A DNA stretch of 64,000 nt from Ruditapes philippinarum (GCF_026571515.1 NW_026856735.1:124001-188000), one strand, 5' to 3'; positions 41,352 through 53,844 are shown, counted from the stretch's first letter. Translations and numbers: made by a program. Notes: generated by a model from the letters alone, not told the origin.

Positions 41352-42417
41352 TTGCGATATGCAATAGTTATAGTATATGAAACGAGTTAGTTACGAGGAT
41401 ATAATGCTGGCAGGGGCGACATCAAGGGATGTTTCTGCTAAAAATTTGATGAGGCCGTTAGGCCGAGACAATTTGTCGCTCAGCCAGTGTTATATCCTCG
41501 TAACTAACGAGTTTCATATACTATAACGGTTTTATCGCAATGCATAATTGCATAATTGCATAATTTTCTGTAAGAGAAATCAGGGCAATAGATAAATAAA
41601 AAAGCAAATAAATAAATAAATCATAAGCTACCTTACAGCTATTTATAATATGGCAGTTGTTTTCGCTTCCGCGAAAAAAAATAGAAAAAAAAAGAAAACA
41701 AGATATACACCATAAAAACTTAAAGACATCTAATTTAAGAGGACATTTAAAGGTGGTTTCCTTTCAGTGGAAATGAATGAGCGGATGAACCTTTTGATTA
41801 TATGACAATAAATTTCATTTCTTTAAATATCTTTGTTTATATATTTTTTTTTATTTTTGCTTCTGGGAATGTTCATTACCCCTGCCCCAATGTAGCCTCT
41901 CTGAAAAGAAATACACTGATATATACAACTCAACATTTTTTAGCTTTTGTTTCCAATATGAATCAATGAAAAAATATTAATACAGTTTTCAAATGCTCAT
42001 TGAAAGTGTTCTGCGTATAATGGGTAAGAAAGAATAAAGAAACCATAGGAAATTTGAAATTATATAATGCAATGTGTTGAAATAGGTCACGGCTATGTAT
42101 TTCTGTTTTGCTGGGCATATCACAAACATCACGTTAATGACCCTAATCTTCTTCACACGTTGTGTATACTTATTGAAAAGGTATTTTCTCTCGTTTATAC
42201 ATTGTAATTGTATCATTATGTATACTATCAATTTTACCGGTTCGCTGGTATTTTTAATTCGTTAAAGTATATCATTGTTTGTGTACAAGAACATATAGCC
42301 CGCTGTGATTTGATACATCTATATCACTATAGATGTTACAGGTAAATTATAATCTCACGTGAACCTAGACAGTATGATAGTGAAAATGATGATATATCGC
42401 CCATAATGCGATAATAA
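41352..42417. mobile_element. Hairpin-ended non-autonomous element (Crypton-like, tentative)
   Basis: Hairpin with about 45-bp arms at 41367-41527, loop containing GAGGCCGTTAGGCCGAG. Inner TTTTATCGCA is inverted relative to TGCGATAATA at about 42407, and TGCGATA occurs directly repeated at both ends. Confidence 0.5.
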
Positions 42418-43027
42418 CGCAACATAAAAGCTATATAGATATCATCACGCAACACTTTACGGTATTATACACTCAGATAATGCATTATCTATTTCTACAT
42501 GTCGCAGGGTAATGATAAAAAATGAGTTATGTAAATTAGCAGTATGTACGAGTTTTTGAATTTTTTGCTTTCCTGGATTTCTACCAACACCAATACCATT
42601 TTGTCTGCTAGTGACTGACTACAACTTAGTAAATATATGATATCTGAATCAGAGATAAAAGACAAATTGCGGATATCAAATGCCACGGAGAAATTTGGCC
42701 ATGTTTGAGGTTCGAACAAGAGCTGTGGCATTTAACGGCGCCAAAGTGACCCCCTGTATTACAACTTCAATTCTCTGTTAATTGAATAAACAATTGAAAA
42801 TTAAACTTTAAAAATAGTTTTTATAGTTTTATAAACGTAAGATATTAACATGCCAGGTAAAATTGTGAGCGTTATGAAAATATGATACAAAATATTAGTT
42901 TTTCTTACCAAAATTCTAAACAGTTACTTACGTAGAGATATCTCTGCATAATTCAATTGTATTTGTTAAGTCACTTTAACTATACACTTGATAAAAATCT
43001 TCCTTCATTAGATAAATTCTAAATTTC

Positions 43028-43328
43028 TAACCAGGTTTCAACGACAACTGGTTATTATAATGCAGAAAGCGGTGGGCGGGCGATCGGGCGTCAACTTTTG
43101 GTTTCCGCTCAATAACTTGAGTCTGCTTTGGCCTATTGACACCAAACTTGCTGTGTTGCAGCTTTGGATTGCCACTAAGATATCTGGGAGCAAGGTCAGG
43201 GTTGTTTGCTTACAACAGAATTTTCAGCTTCTAGTAAATAACTTCAGTGCACGTTGACTTATTGATTGCTGTCACAACAAAACTTTGTCGTTGAAAACCT
43301 GGTTTTCGTGGCATTGCAGTGCTTCTTG
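43028..43328 (+). mobile_element. Small Helentron-associated (HINE-like) element
   Basis: Subterminal inverted repeats AACCAGGTTTCAACGACAA and TTGTCGTTGAAAACCTGGTT, (GGGC)n microsatellite after the 5' repeat, 3' stem-loop GCATTGCAGTGC followed by CTTGT. Confidence 0.6.
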
Positions 43329-43517
43329 TAATAAATTAACACAAATTGATAAAATACCCAAAAAATCCAATTAAAAGATAATTTAGGAATTGAATAAGAT
43401 TTACATGTTGATATGAAATTGACATGTTGATTAATAGTCAACATAAGGTATGGAATAATGTTTCCTCATTAAAATCACAGCTTAACAACAGAATAACAAC
43501 GTAAAGGAGTGCCTACC

Positions 43518-44288
43518 TATGGTGGATGATTTGTGCTATTCGTGTATCCGCCAAGCGAAAATTAACAAGTTAAAATGACGGGGCGCGGAGCAAAAACACG
43601 CTAATTAGCGAGGGTGCCGGGCGAAGTATTATTAATAAAACTTCGCCCCGCAGGGGCGCGGAGTGAGATTTAAGAAATAAAATGGCTGGGTCGCTGGACA
43701 AAAAACACGCATATTATATAGCGAGGGCGCGGGTGGCGAACTTAAATAAATAAAACTTTGCTGCGAGTTCCCGCTAATTAGCGTGTTTTCGTCAAGCGAA
43801 AAGTCGAGAATTTACAAGTTAAAACCGCGGGAACGCGGAGCGAAAACACACTAACTAGCGCCGCCGCAGGCGAAGTTTTATTTATTAAATTTCTCCCAGG
43901 GCCCTCGCTTATTAGCGTGTTTTCGTCCTTCGACCCCGCCAAGCGAAAAGTCAAGAATATACAAGTTAAAATGGTTGGGGCGCGGAACGAAAACACGCTT
44001 ATTGGCGACGGCCCGGGGCGAAATTTAATAAATAAAACTTCGCCCGCGGTGGCGCTAAATAGTGTGTTTTCGCTCCGCTCCGCCGCCGTTTTATTTCTTA
44101 AATCTCGCCCTGTGCCCCCGCAGGGCGAAGTTGTTTTTTTCCATTAAACTTCGCGCCCCAGCTAATGAGCGTGTTTTCGCTCCGCACCCTCGCCAATTAA
44201 ACTCTCACGTTAATTTAATTTAATTCTCGGCTTTTCGCCTAGCGGGGCCGCGGGGCCATAATATGAATGGCACAAATCAGCCACCATA
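43518..44288. mobile_element. IS3EU-type MITE with internal GC-rich repeats in both orientations
   Basis: CCTACC|TATGGTGGATGATTTGTGCTATTC ... GAATGGCACAAATCAGCCACCATA|CCTACC; perfect 6-bp TSD; repeated GCGGAGCGAAAACACGCTAATTAGCG modules. Confidence 0.85.
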
Positions 44289-44510
44289 CCTACCAGAATA
44301 AAAAGAGAGTTACAAGTAAATACGCATTAACTACAAACAATTTAATGTCATACAAATAAACAAAAATACACTTACGTGTAGAAACCAAAAACATTACTGA
44401 TCATTTGTCAAAAATGAGCATTTAAACTAAAGAAAATGACATGAATGAAGAAAATCTCATGGCTTACCACGCTAAATATCTTAATATATGAACTTATTAA
44501 ATCACTTATC

Positions 44511-44840
44511 TATTTTGGCTGATTTTGGACACTTTTTGTGCGTCGTGTTGTCGCTAGCAACAGCACGACAAAGCGCTAAACGGTACGTTGTCGCACTGTC
44601 GTCCTGTCGCTAACGAAGCACACAAAACGGCGCGTTGTCATGCGGAGTGTTGTCACGATGTCACATTGTCGCTCGGCTCAAATCAAAAGATTGGCTATCT
44701 GTATTTAAATAAGGCAAGCGACAGGGTGACATCGCGACAACGCACCGCACGACAACGCGCCATTTTTCGTGCTTCGCTAGCGACAGGACGACAAGACGAC
44801 AGTGCAAAAACGCACCGTTTGTACCAAATAAGCAACCATA
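44511..44840. mobile_element. IS3EU-type MITE (same subfamily as 14974-15661)
   Basis: TGGCTGATTTTGG..TTTTGTGCGTCGTGTTG ... CCAAATAAGCAACCATA; flanks CTTATC/TTTATC. Confidence 0.7.
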
Positions 44841-45193
44841 TTTATCATTTAAGGACAATTTTCAACGAAAAAAAAATGACTGATGAAAGACGGATGTGTA
44901 AGAGTTAAACAAACGCAATGTTATTGGATGTTGAAATGTATCAGAACACTATTTATCGTGTTAAAACTTTGTACATTGAATATGATTTGTAACGGAAACC
45001 TTCAGGTCTTACAACGAAAGTTACTTTTATTACAGCAAAAAGTAATGGTTTTACTTATTGTTTCAAAAGATTCAAACGATCTCATTTAATAATATGTAAT
45101 AAACGAACATCTTTACATGCCTCTTGAAACTCGAAATATGACACTGCATTTCAATTCTTCTGACAATCCGGAAAACACATTGGCTTGAATTAA

Positions 45194-45515
45194 AGGCACA
45201 TCATGTCATAAATATTTTTTTTCTTTCTGCAGAAAAGACAAAAATGTGTTTAAAAAGGTTGTAAAATCGATTTAGAAAATGTGATATGCCTATCACTTAA
45301 AACATAGTACTGAATGTGAAATAATTAATAATAAAGTAAGTAAAATGTAAACAAAGTAGTATTTTGACTTCCATACAAAATTACAAATCACTACACTATA
45401 ACTGTATTAAATGATGAATCGCAAAAATAGCGGAAGATGTCTCAGCTATATATCAAATGGGTAACTATAACAGAAAGCTTATGTAAAAAAATAATGACAA
45501 TGGCTTAATGAGCCT
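45194..45515 (+). mobile_element. Kolobok-like MITE (degenerate)
   Basis: TTAA|AGGCACATC ... GAGCCT|CTAA; colinear similarity to 39682-40045. Confidence 0.5.
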
Positions 45516-46400
45516 CTAAGAAAAAGGTGGTATGAAAAACAGTTGATGGAAAATTGAATTGAAAATAATTTAAAAATGCAATCATTGAATATAAAAAAAA
45601 CAATTTTCTTTTTCATATTTTATACAATTACTGCATGATATGCAGTTTTTTTTGGCATTTTTTTTCTTTATTGGTGATATTAAGCTTACCTGTTTTGAAC
45701 TACTCCGCGAGCTTTCTGTTGACATTATCGGCAAAAGACCCGCAACTTGTAAATTTACATGTCTATATAAAATGCTATTTAAGTGTGTTAATCTTGATCG
45801 AAATACGACTTTTAAAAAGCTTTTGATCCCTAAAGGATAAAATATTGACAACTTAACAAGTTTACTGCCGATCGCACTTTATTTCGACTATCAATTTACA
45901 TCAAACTGTTTATCTTAATCGTTTGAACCATAAATTATACAACACAGTTTCAAATTACATTATGAGTATTAAAAACAACCCTTGTCTCGATGAAACTCCC
46001 TGTCGTAAACCGCCTTGTAATCTTGAGAGAAACTGCTTGATTTCAAAGATAGCATGAACTAGCAATGTCATTACTGCCAAGTTAGAAATACAACCGTTAC
46101 TAATATCCAGGGAGGAGGATTCATTAAGTTTCCTTTTATGTTTCTGGGAGTACAAATTAGCAAAACGTAAAAGTTTTAATGTTTAATAAGTGGGAAATTG
46201 ATAACTGACATAGGTCAGTAATGCAAAGTAATGAATAAATCTTTTGGTGTAACAAATAACAGATATACACATCAAACAACATAATATCTCTATTTACCAT
46301 GTTGTCGACTGTTTATCCGCCAGTCCTGGAGGAGGTAAATTGTTAGACAAAGTTGGACTTATTAAAAGAAAGAAACGATGTTCTCATCAAGTTAAACAAG

Positions 46401-47630
46401 ATGTTGCGTTTCAGTCTAAAACTGTGTATATATTTATTTTTCATCAATGTCAGTTGTATGACTGATTTTATAGTTACATCATTTATTATTTCTTTCCATG
46501 GAATAAGTTTTCAATCTTGTCAAACTAAATGCGATGAAGAAGAAGCGTGTTTGTCCGCACGATATTTACGTAGATATAGTCTATGTGAAATATATGATAG
46601 TTATCTTGACAAGCAATCAAAAGAACCAGGAACTCGGGTGCATATTAAAGATAATTTAAATACAAAATATGACAGCAAGAACAAAACATTGTGTGAAAAA
46701 TCATTCTGTCCTAAACCAATGTTCAACAATGCCGACACACTTGGAAATCTCTTTGGTATAGGCTCAAAATTGGAAATAAAATGTAGTGAGACAAACAAGT
46801 CGGAGATAATACACTGTCTGCCAGGTGGACTTTGGTCAGTAAACGAATTCTTCTGTACATCCAATCTTTATTCTGCTTGTGAAAATCCTTCATTTTTGAT
46901 TGAAGGAAAACTTGGGGCTTTAAATGCTTTTAATGAAACGCATGTCAGTGTTAATGCATCTTGTAACTTGGGATATAACCTGCTTGTCTATGGTAACATC
47001 CTTTGCGAAATTTCTACGGGAATGTGGACTGGGTTTGAAAGCGTTTGCTGTGTAAAACTTCGAATTGCAGATTGGACAAAAATGTATAGTTACCAGCCCA
47101 CTGACAACACGTACAGCATTAAGACTTTATACAAAAGATTACATACATACGAGGATATTAATGCATGTGCAAACGGTATCTATCAAAATGAAGCTATTTT
47201 TGATAACTGGGAAAATGAACACATAAGATATATTAATTTTACAGTTATTTCTGGTGGCACAACTGTAGCTTACATGCTTTTTAATGGATTAGGAACAAAC
47301 AATACGTCTTGGTTTTCCTTTGAGAATTTAGTTCAAAGTTCATGGTATGATTTAACACCTAAGTCTTCTGTTCAAGTTTTCAGTTTGCATGGGCTTCAGG
47401 AAAGTTTCAGAAGATGGTACGTTGCTAGAAACGCAAGTGAGTATGCATCGTGCACAGAGGATGTTGTTTGGTTTGTTGTAACTTGGGGTTTCACTTACAA
47501 ATGTGAGAGATTAGAAGGTCGTCGGTACAAACTGGCAAAAATCATGTATTCGAATAATGGAAGAGCTTCAATATTTGCGGACGGTAATTTTGGACTTGCA
47601 GATAAGTTGGAAATATGGATTCAAAACTAG
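46401..47630 (+). CDS. Intronless predicted secreted protein (409 aa): signal peptide, PAN/apple-like, two sushi/CCP-like repeats, C-terminal domain of unknown function
   Basis: 1.2-kb open frame in AT-rich DNA, with AAGATG start and hydrophobic N-terminus. SCQTKC...CLS......LCEIY is PAN-like; CPKP...C...C...G.WS...C and C...C...C..TGMW...C are CCP-like. C-terminal part has FNGLGT...WFS..NL.QSSW.DL...FSL.G..RRWYV...C..D..WFVV...ADKLEIW. Domain names are from visual motif recognition only. Confidence 0.8.
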   Translation: MLRFSLKLCIYLFFINVSCMTDFIVTSFIISFHGISFQSCQTKCDEEEACLSARYLRRYSLCEIYDSYLDKQSKEPGTRVHIKDNLNTKYDSKNKTLCEKSFCPKPMFNNADTLGNLFGIGSKLEIKCSETNKSEIIHCLPGGLWSVNEFFCTSNLYSACENPSFLIEGKLGALNAFNETHVSVNASCNLGYNLLVYGNILCEISTGMWTGFESVCCVKLRIADWTKMYSYQPTDNTYSIKTLYKRLHTYEDINACANGIYQNEAIFDNWENEHIRYINFTVISGGTTVAYMLFNGLGTNNTSWFSFENLVQSSWYDLTPKSSVQVFSLHGLQESFRRWYVARNASEYASCTEDVVWFVVTWGFTYKCERLEGRRYKLAKIMYSNNGRASIFADGNFGLADKLEIWIQN

Positions 47631-48810
47631 GAAATAAATATAAAGTATATATAAAAATGGATTCATAAATAAGAAGCTTATACGACTGGATTCAAAAAAG
47701 CGATGGCTAAAAATGTATTTATAAATAGGAATGTATAAAATTGAATCAAAAATAACGAATAAGGAACGTATATAAACAGGCTCAAAAGTAATGTTCTAAT
47801 GAAGATGAATTCAAAAAAGAATGTATATAAAATGGACTCAAAAATAATGAATGGATTCAAGAGTTATGTATTTTCTTCAAGAATTATGTATCTATATAAA
47901 TGCCACAAAAGACAGTTTCAGTACCATTGAAAAGAAGAAATACAAAGTATACATGTACTTTTTACCTATGTTCGTTGTCATTATACGTGAAAACTGTTGG
48001 TCTGGTTAATTCATTCTAAGGTAATTTTAATATATTGTTTCCAAATTAAAGGACAAGCAGAAAATTGTTAGGCAATAAAACTTCTTGTAGCGTAGTAATG
48101 GGGTTACTAACATTTATGCTTTTATGACGTCATTTTTATTTTTTTATGATTTTATTTATTTATTTTGCAATTTTCAAAATTTGTCATCTTCTCTTCAAAA
48201 TTTTCATAAAGTATTGTAAATGTAAACATCATTTACAGTAAGCACGCTGCAAAAAATATATATTATGGTGCATATGGGAATTTCCATCGGAGAGCAATTT
48301 TACAAATTAAGTGAATATATTATTTTACATGTGAGAATCATATTCAACATGAAAAGGCAAATTTTGTTTAAGATTCATTTACGTATTCATGAATGATTTA
48401 TAGTAGGGTTTTAAAGCGTCTGAAGTAAGTAAAGGTGCACAAATGATTGGAATGCAGAAACATGTTAATTAATATTGTCTTTACTGACAACACACTACAC
48501 CATTGCTGACTGTGTTAAATTTAGTAATATAACTCTTTCCCTGGAAACAAAAGTCTTGTTGAACATAAATAATTTGAAATAAAGCACAGGTGTTGCAGTA
48601 GCTGAAGATATCATGAAGAATTGTTATATTCGAAAGAGCAGAATGCCATCATTGTAAAACCTATTTCTTGAGATGATTAATATATGTTGTTGTTGTTTTC
48701 CTTAATTAACTTATAAATTGTTGTGTTTTTTTTTCTTTCTTTAATTAACTTATAATTATTAATAAATGGTATTAGGATCGAGTGTGTGCATTTATTTATA
48801 AGTTTATTAA

Positions 48811-49188
48811 AGGCACGTTACGCCTCAGAAACAAACAAATTTTCCCACTTTTAGAAAAAGCAAACATTCGAGTTTTGATATAAATGTATTTACATGTAAC
48901 TAATAGTTTTAGAGCATGATAGATGTCAATTATTTTAAGATAATAATAGATGTGAATAAATTAGTCATACAAGTAGCAAAATGTAAACTACTATTTTGAC
49001 TTACTTGCAAAATGCTAATTCCCTATATAATTGTACCAACGGAAAAAATCGACAGAAGCAAAAGATGGTTCAGATAAAAGACCAATAAGTAATTTCATGG
49101 AAACTTTAACACATAACACCCCCCCCCCCCCAAAAAAAAGACTTTTGAAAACAAAAAAGTAAAAACATTTCTAGGGCATAATGGGTCT
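48811..49188 (+). mobile_element. Kolobok-like MITE
   Basis: TTAA|AGGCACGTTACGCCTCAGAAAC ... GGGCATAATGGGTCT|ATAA. Confidence 0.6.
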
Positions 49189-49572
49189 ATAAAAAATAGC
49201 AATGTCTAATTTACTGTATACTCATACTTGTAATTCATACTAAGTTATTTTACATAACTTAAAAACAAAAGAAAAAAACATTTAGAAATCATTCATTAAG
49301 TATATGTTCTGTATCATTTTTTGTCTTCTAAAAACCACCACCCACAGATTAACGCTTTCTTAATTATTGTTTAAATAACCACCTTGTTTATCAATATCCT
49401 TTCTTAATAATGATTCAATATATCAATATGTTTTGCAATCATCTTTATATATTTCGTTTGTTATATTCTCACCTGCCAGGATTATTAATAATCATCCTTA
49501 TGGTTTAATGTTTATCTTTTATATTTTTTTCTGTAAAATTTATTGTTGTTGTAGTTGTTGTTGTCTTTTTAA

Positions 49573-49939
49573 AGGCCCATTATGTCCTAGAAATGCTTTT
49601 ATTTTATTTTTCAAAATTCTTTTATATTTAGTGTACTTAGATTGATTCCAAATAGTTACTCATTGGCTAATTACCTGAACCACCTTTTCTTTCTGTTGCT
49701 TTTTTGGTAAATAGTATAGTTATATTGATTTGATATATATATTTTTATATGGATGTTAAAATACTACTTTGGTTACATTTTGCTACTTTTCTGACGAATA
49801 ATTTCACATTTATCGCTACATTCTTAGGTAACAAGCATCTAGCATGCCCAGATAATAATATTGATATTTTAAATATAACAAAACTCATCTTTGACCTTTC
49901 TAAAGAAGTAAACATCTATTTGTTTCTAATAATGTGCCT
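49573..49939 (-). mobile_element. Kolobok-like MITE (inverted copy)
   Basis: TTAA|AGGCCCATTAT ... ATAATGTGCCT|TTAA; perfect TTAA TSD. Confidence 0.7.
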
Positions 49940-51019
49940 TTAATAATTGATAAAAATTCTATCTCATTTTTTATCTCTTATTTTATCATTTAGTTGTTTG
50001 AATTTATTTCAAAAGTTTTGGAAACAAAGAGAAACGTTTATAATCAAAATAAATAGAACAACAAGTTGTATTTTTTTAAATTTAATTCTGAGTAAATTTT
50101 TTCCCATTACCTTTGCATTTTTTTGCCGTGTTCAGTGCCGAAATTTTTTTATATAAGACTTTAAAATTTAATGTTAATGGTTAATAGAACTAAGGAAAGT
50201 TTTTTTTTTTAAGTTAAGGTACCCCAAACCTTTAAATTATTAACTTTTTTTCAAGACAAAGTTTCACTGAGCATCTGTAAATCAATTAATATGTTTTTCA
50301 TTACGTTGCCATATCTTCGCAATTTAATTTTGTCAATATAATTTCATTAATCCTTTTTTTACACCGTGTGAACAGTATATTTGAAATGTTATATACGCTT
50401 TTATATTTACTTATTTCAAAACAAATTCCACGAAATACAAAGTGCGAAGTAGGTTTTTTGACATTGGATTCATTAAGTAATATAATTATAAGAACGTTTT
50501 TATATTTCCATTGCCATATTTTTATATATTATAGCATAAAATCGGCTATTTTTCCCTCTTTTGCCCATGTTATAACGGGACCAAAACCATGTGTTAACAT
50601 AGTCGTGCGCGCTCTTGTTATAGCCCGGTTTCACCTATGCGCAATACATACAGGGCCCAGTAAACAAACAAACAAAAAATGATGATTTGGCCTGTTTGCC
50701 AAAGAGTCATGCGCTCTTGTTATATTGAAATTTATTGATTCGAGGGCCTCAGTCGCATATTCAAGTAACTATGCCGGAAAAACGGCGTATAGACATCGGT
50801 GCTAATCTTGGTTGTCGCCCTTTCTAAGAAACGGACAGTTGTCAATGTAAACAAACACAGTACTGTAGAATGGACCGTTCCGCGACGGATATTTTTAACC
50901 AATGAAAGTGATCCGTTTACTTCAGTGCGGTATTGCTTGTTGCTACCCGCCATCTTGTGCTCACAAGCTTTCACTTGGCAACTGCTACATCAAAAGTAAA
51001 TACCGCGGTTTTATTCAAA

Positions 51020-53844
51020 ATGGTGCGTAGATGTGCTTGGGGAACATACAATGCAGATTGCAGGTATCCTGATAAGATGATTGGGGTCAGATTCATAACA
51101 TTTCCTAACCCTAAAACTCAATTTGAGAAGTGTTTACGGTGGATAAAGGCATGCGCTCGACCGCATGAACAGTTAAATGTCAACAGGATTAACAAAAATA
51201 AAGTCGTGTGTTCAACGGTAAATGAATCTGTAAGAAATGCTGAATTAAACATGAAATGATTTACTTAGCCAGGCTGGCTTTTGATTTCTGTTTGACGTGT
51301 GCCAACATGACTACATGTTGTTGTCAGTTTTTTTGACAGCTCAAAGCAACTTATGAAATAGCCTAGCTAGCTAAATGAGCTAGTCTAGTCTATGCCTGAA
51401 TAATGTTGAGACCAAAACTGGCTATCCTTAAAAATAATTACAAACTGCTCCAAACTTTTTTATATTTTCATAATACATTTTATCTTTGACTCTTGTCAGA
51501 AAATTCATTATCAATTCAGTAAAAAAGGCATATGTTGATGCACCATGCTAAATGGCTAACTTCATGGTTGGTAGACTATAGATTATATGTTACAAAAAAA
51601 TAGTGACCATGAAAATAATATAATTTGCTAGAGGACTGATCTTTAAACCATATTATTAAAATAATATTTGGTTATTTTGTTAAACATACAAAAAATACTA
51701 AAAAGCCATTTTATATTATGACATTATGACCCTTTCAGCCGGATCATCGGCGGATGGTTACTCTATACAGATCTTTTGTTTCATTTATAGATCTATGTCA
51801 TATATAGAGCCCTACCTCCATTATTGTTATTTGTATTTATTCTTTTTTAATCACTTATTCTCATAATTACAGCACTTCATGGGAGAAAATGGACAGTTAC
51901 TTATGCATGGTCATATAACCTGTAATATGTCATACACAATTTAAATATAGTTTGAAACTATACATTTCCATTACTGCAATGTAAGAAAGGATGAGCATAC
52001 TGTTCAAAAAAACTGGCTAATACATTTAGCATATTTGTCATAAATTGAACATCTGGTTCAACACGCTGAACAAACAAGTCAGACTCATTTGGACAATATA
52101 CAATGAAATCACAGAATGAACTACCTGTAATCATGAGCTGCCCTTGAACCTGGGCATAGTATGCATGATTTGATTTCAGTACAACCTGGCCATTCTGATC
52201 AGTGTGTAAAAAGAAATTATTTAATTGGCAGCAAGCATCAGCAACAGTCAAGTCTCTGGCACTATAGGGACATTTTATTTCTATAATCCCTACTTTTCCA
52301 TTATCACAGAGTTTTCCATCTGGGGTTGCACCCAAAAATGGAAACTCATTATTTACAACAAAACCACATTCATGAATGTGTCTTCCTGGAAACTGAGCTA
52401 GATATTTAGACTTGGCTTTGCTCTCATTTCTTTTCCCATAAGATATAGATGGGGCATGAATATCTTTACCGGTAGAAAATAAACGTGACAGTAATTTTTC
52501 ATTAGGGGGAGATTTCCTTAACATGATTTCACCAAAGTTTGATGCTGTAAGCCTGTTTTGTCTAGCTTGATGCCATTTTTCAGACATTGCCTGGTTTCTT
52601 GTACATTGCTCTAATGTCTGTGGATCTGTTATTGTATAATGACTTATCAAGTGCTGAAACTTTTCAGGAAGTCTAATTGGTGATGAGTTTGTGACACAGA
52701 GGTTACCACAGCCATTTGTTGTTACAGGAATCAGTGACTTCAAATTTCTTGTCTGAAATTAAAATGCAGTTATATTATTTCAGAGAATCAAGATGTTCAT
52801 CTACATGAGGAAAACCTGCAGCTAAAGATTCAATTATTGGAGAAAGACAAAGAAATTAATAGACTGAAATCAAAATTACAACATTTGGAAAGAGATATGA
52901 AAAAGAAACAAACATTTTCTGCAGAAGGAATTAGAAATAGGGAAAAGGATATGAAAAACTTGTTTAAATATTACACTGGAATAACTTATGTCAACTTTTT
53001 ATTTTTGTTTTCTTTTTTGTTTCCAAATCCACAAGAAACTGTAAAATATGGTAGGACTGACACTAAGCTACTATCAAATGAAAATGCACTTCTTCTAGTA
53101 CTATGCAGATTGAGACATGATTTTGGACTGAAAGATTTGGCAATGAGATTTAGTTTATATTTGCAGTCAACAGGCATTGTATTTAACAAACTCTTAGATA
53201 TTTTATATTTTAAATTTGGCCAGATTTCACTGTGGCCCCCAAGGGATGATATTATATCTAGAATGCCAGCAGAATTTAGGAAAGATTTTCCTACAACCTT
53301 AATTATGATAGATGGTTCAGAATTCAAAACTCAAGTACCAAATGCATTAGCTCTTCAAAGTCAAATGTACAGTGATTACAAATCATCTACAACTCTTAAA
53401 GCTTTAATTGGGTGTGACCCAAGTGGATCTGTAATTTTTATTTCTGAGCTTTTTACTGGTTCAATATCAGATAAAATGATCTGTGAAGAAAGTGGATTTT
53501 ATGCCATATTGAAAGATTTGTTAAACCATGGTTACATTAATCCAGGTGATGGTATAATGGCTGATAAGGGGTTTACAATACAAGAGGAACTTAATAAACT
53601 TGGCCTTGTGTTAAACATTCCCCCATTTTCTTCTTGTTCATCACAGATGTCTTCATCTGATACTTATTTAACTCAAAAAATTGCCAAACACAGAGTTCAT
53701 GTTGAAAGAGTAATAGCTAAAGTGAAGACATATAAATTGTTGTCTCATAAAATTCCTACATCTTTATTTAAACAAGCTAATAAGATCTGGTCTGTTTGTG
53801 CAATTCTTACATTACATCAGAGAATATTTGTAAAAGACAAATAA
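51020..53844 (+). CDS. ISL2EU transposase (THAP, HTH_Tnp_4, DDE_Tnp_4); N-terminal part possibly damaged
   Basis: Exon 1 51020-51217 (MVRRCAWGTYN..FITFP..RWIKAC..VCST, donor GTAAAT). Exon 2 starts at 51873 (TTACAG|CAC TTC, completing CSTHF) and its end is uncertain. Last exon 52784-53844 has a coiled coil, YYTG, LLLVLCRLR..DLAMRF, and the catalytic IDGSE, ADKGF and RVHVERVI motifs. Confidence 0.88.

Noticed and set aside
46353-46400. TTG-started N-terminal extension of the 425-aa ORF (similarly the GTG/TTG starts at 17001-18251, 38377 and 52837)
   Set aside because: In a eukaryotic context the real start is ATG 46401; the other cases are internal exons that begin at splice acceptors.
51958-52743. 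YqaJ ORF as a phage/prophage or bacterial contaminant gene
   Set aside because: It is the last exon of a spliced four-exon gene inside a TIR/TSD-bounded eukaryotic transposon.
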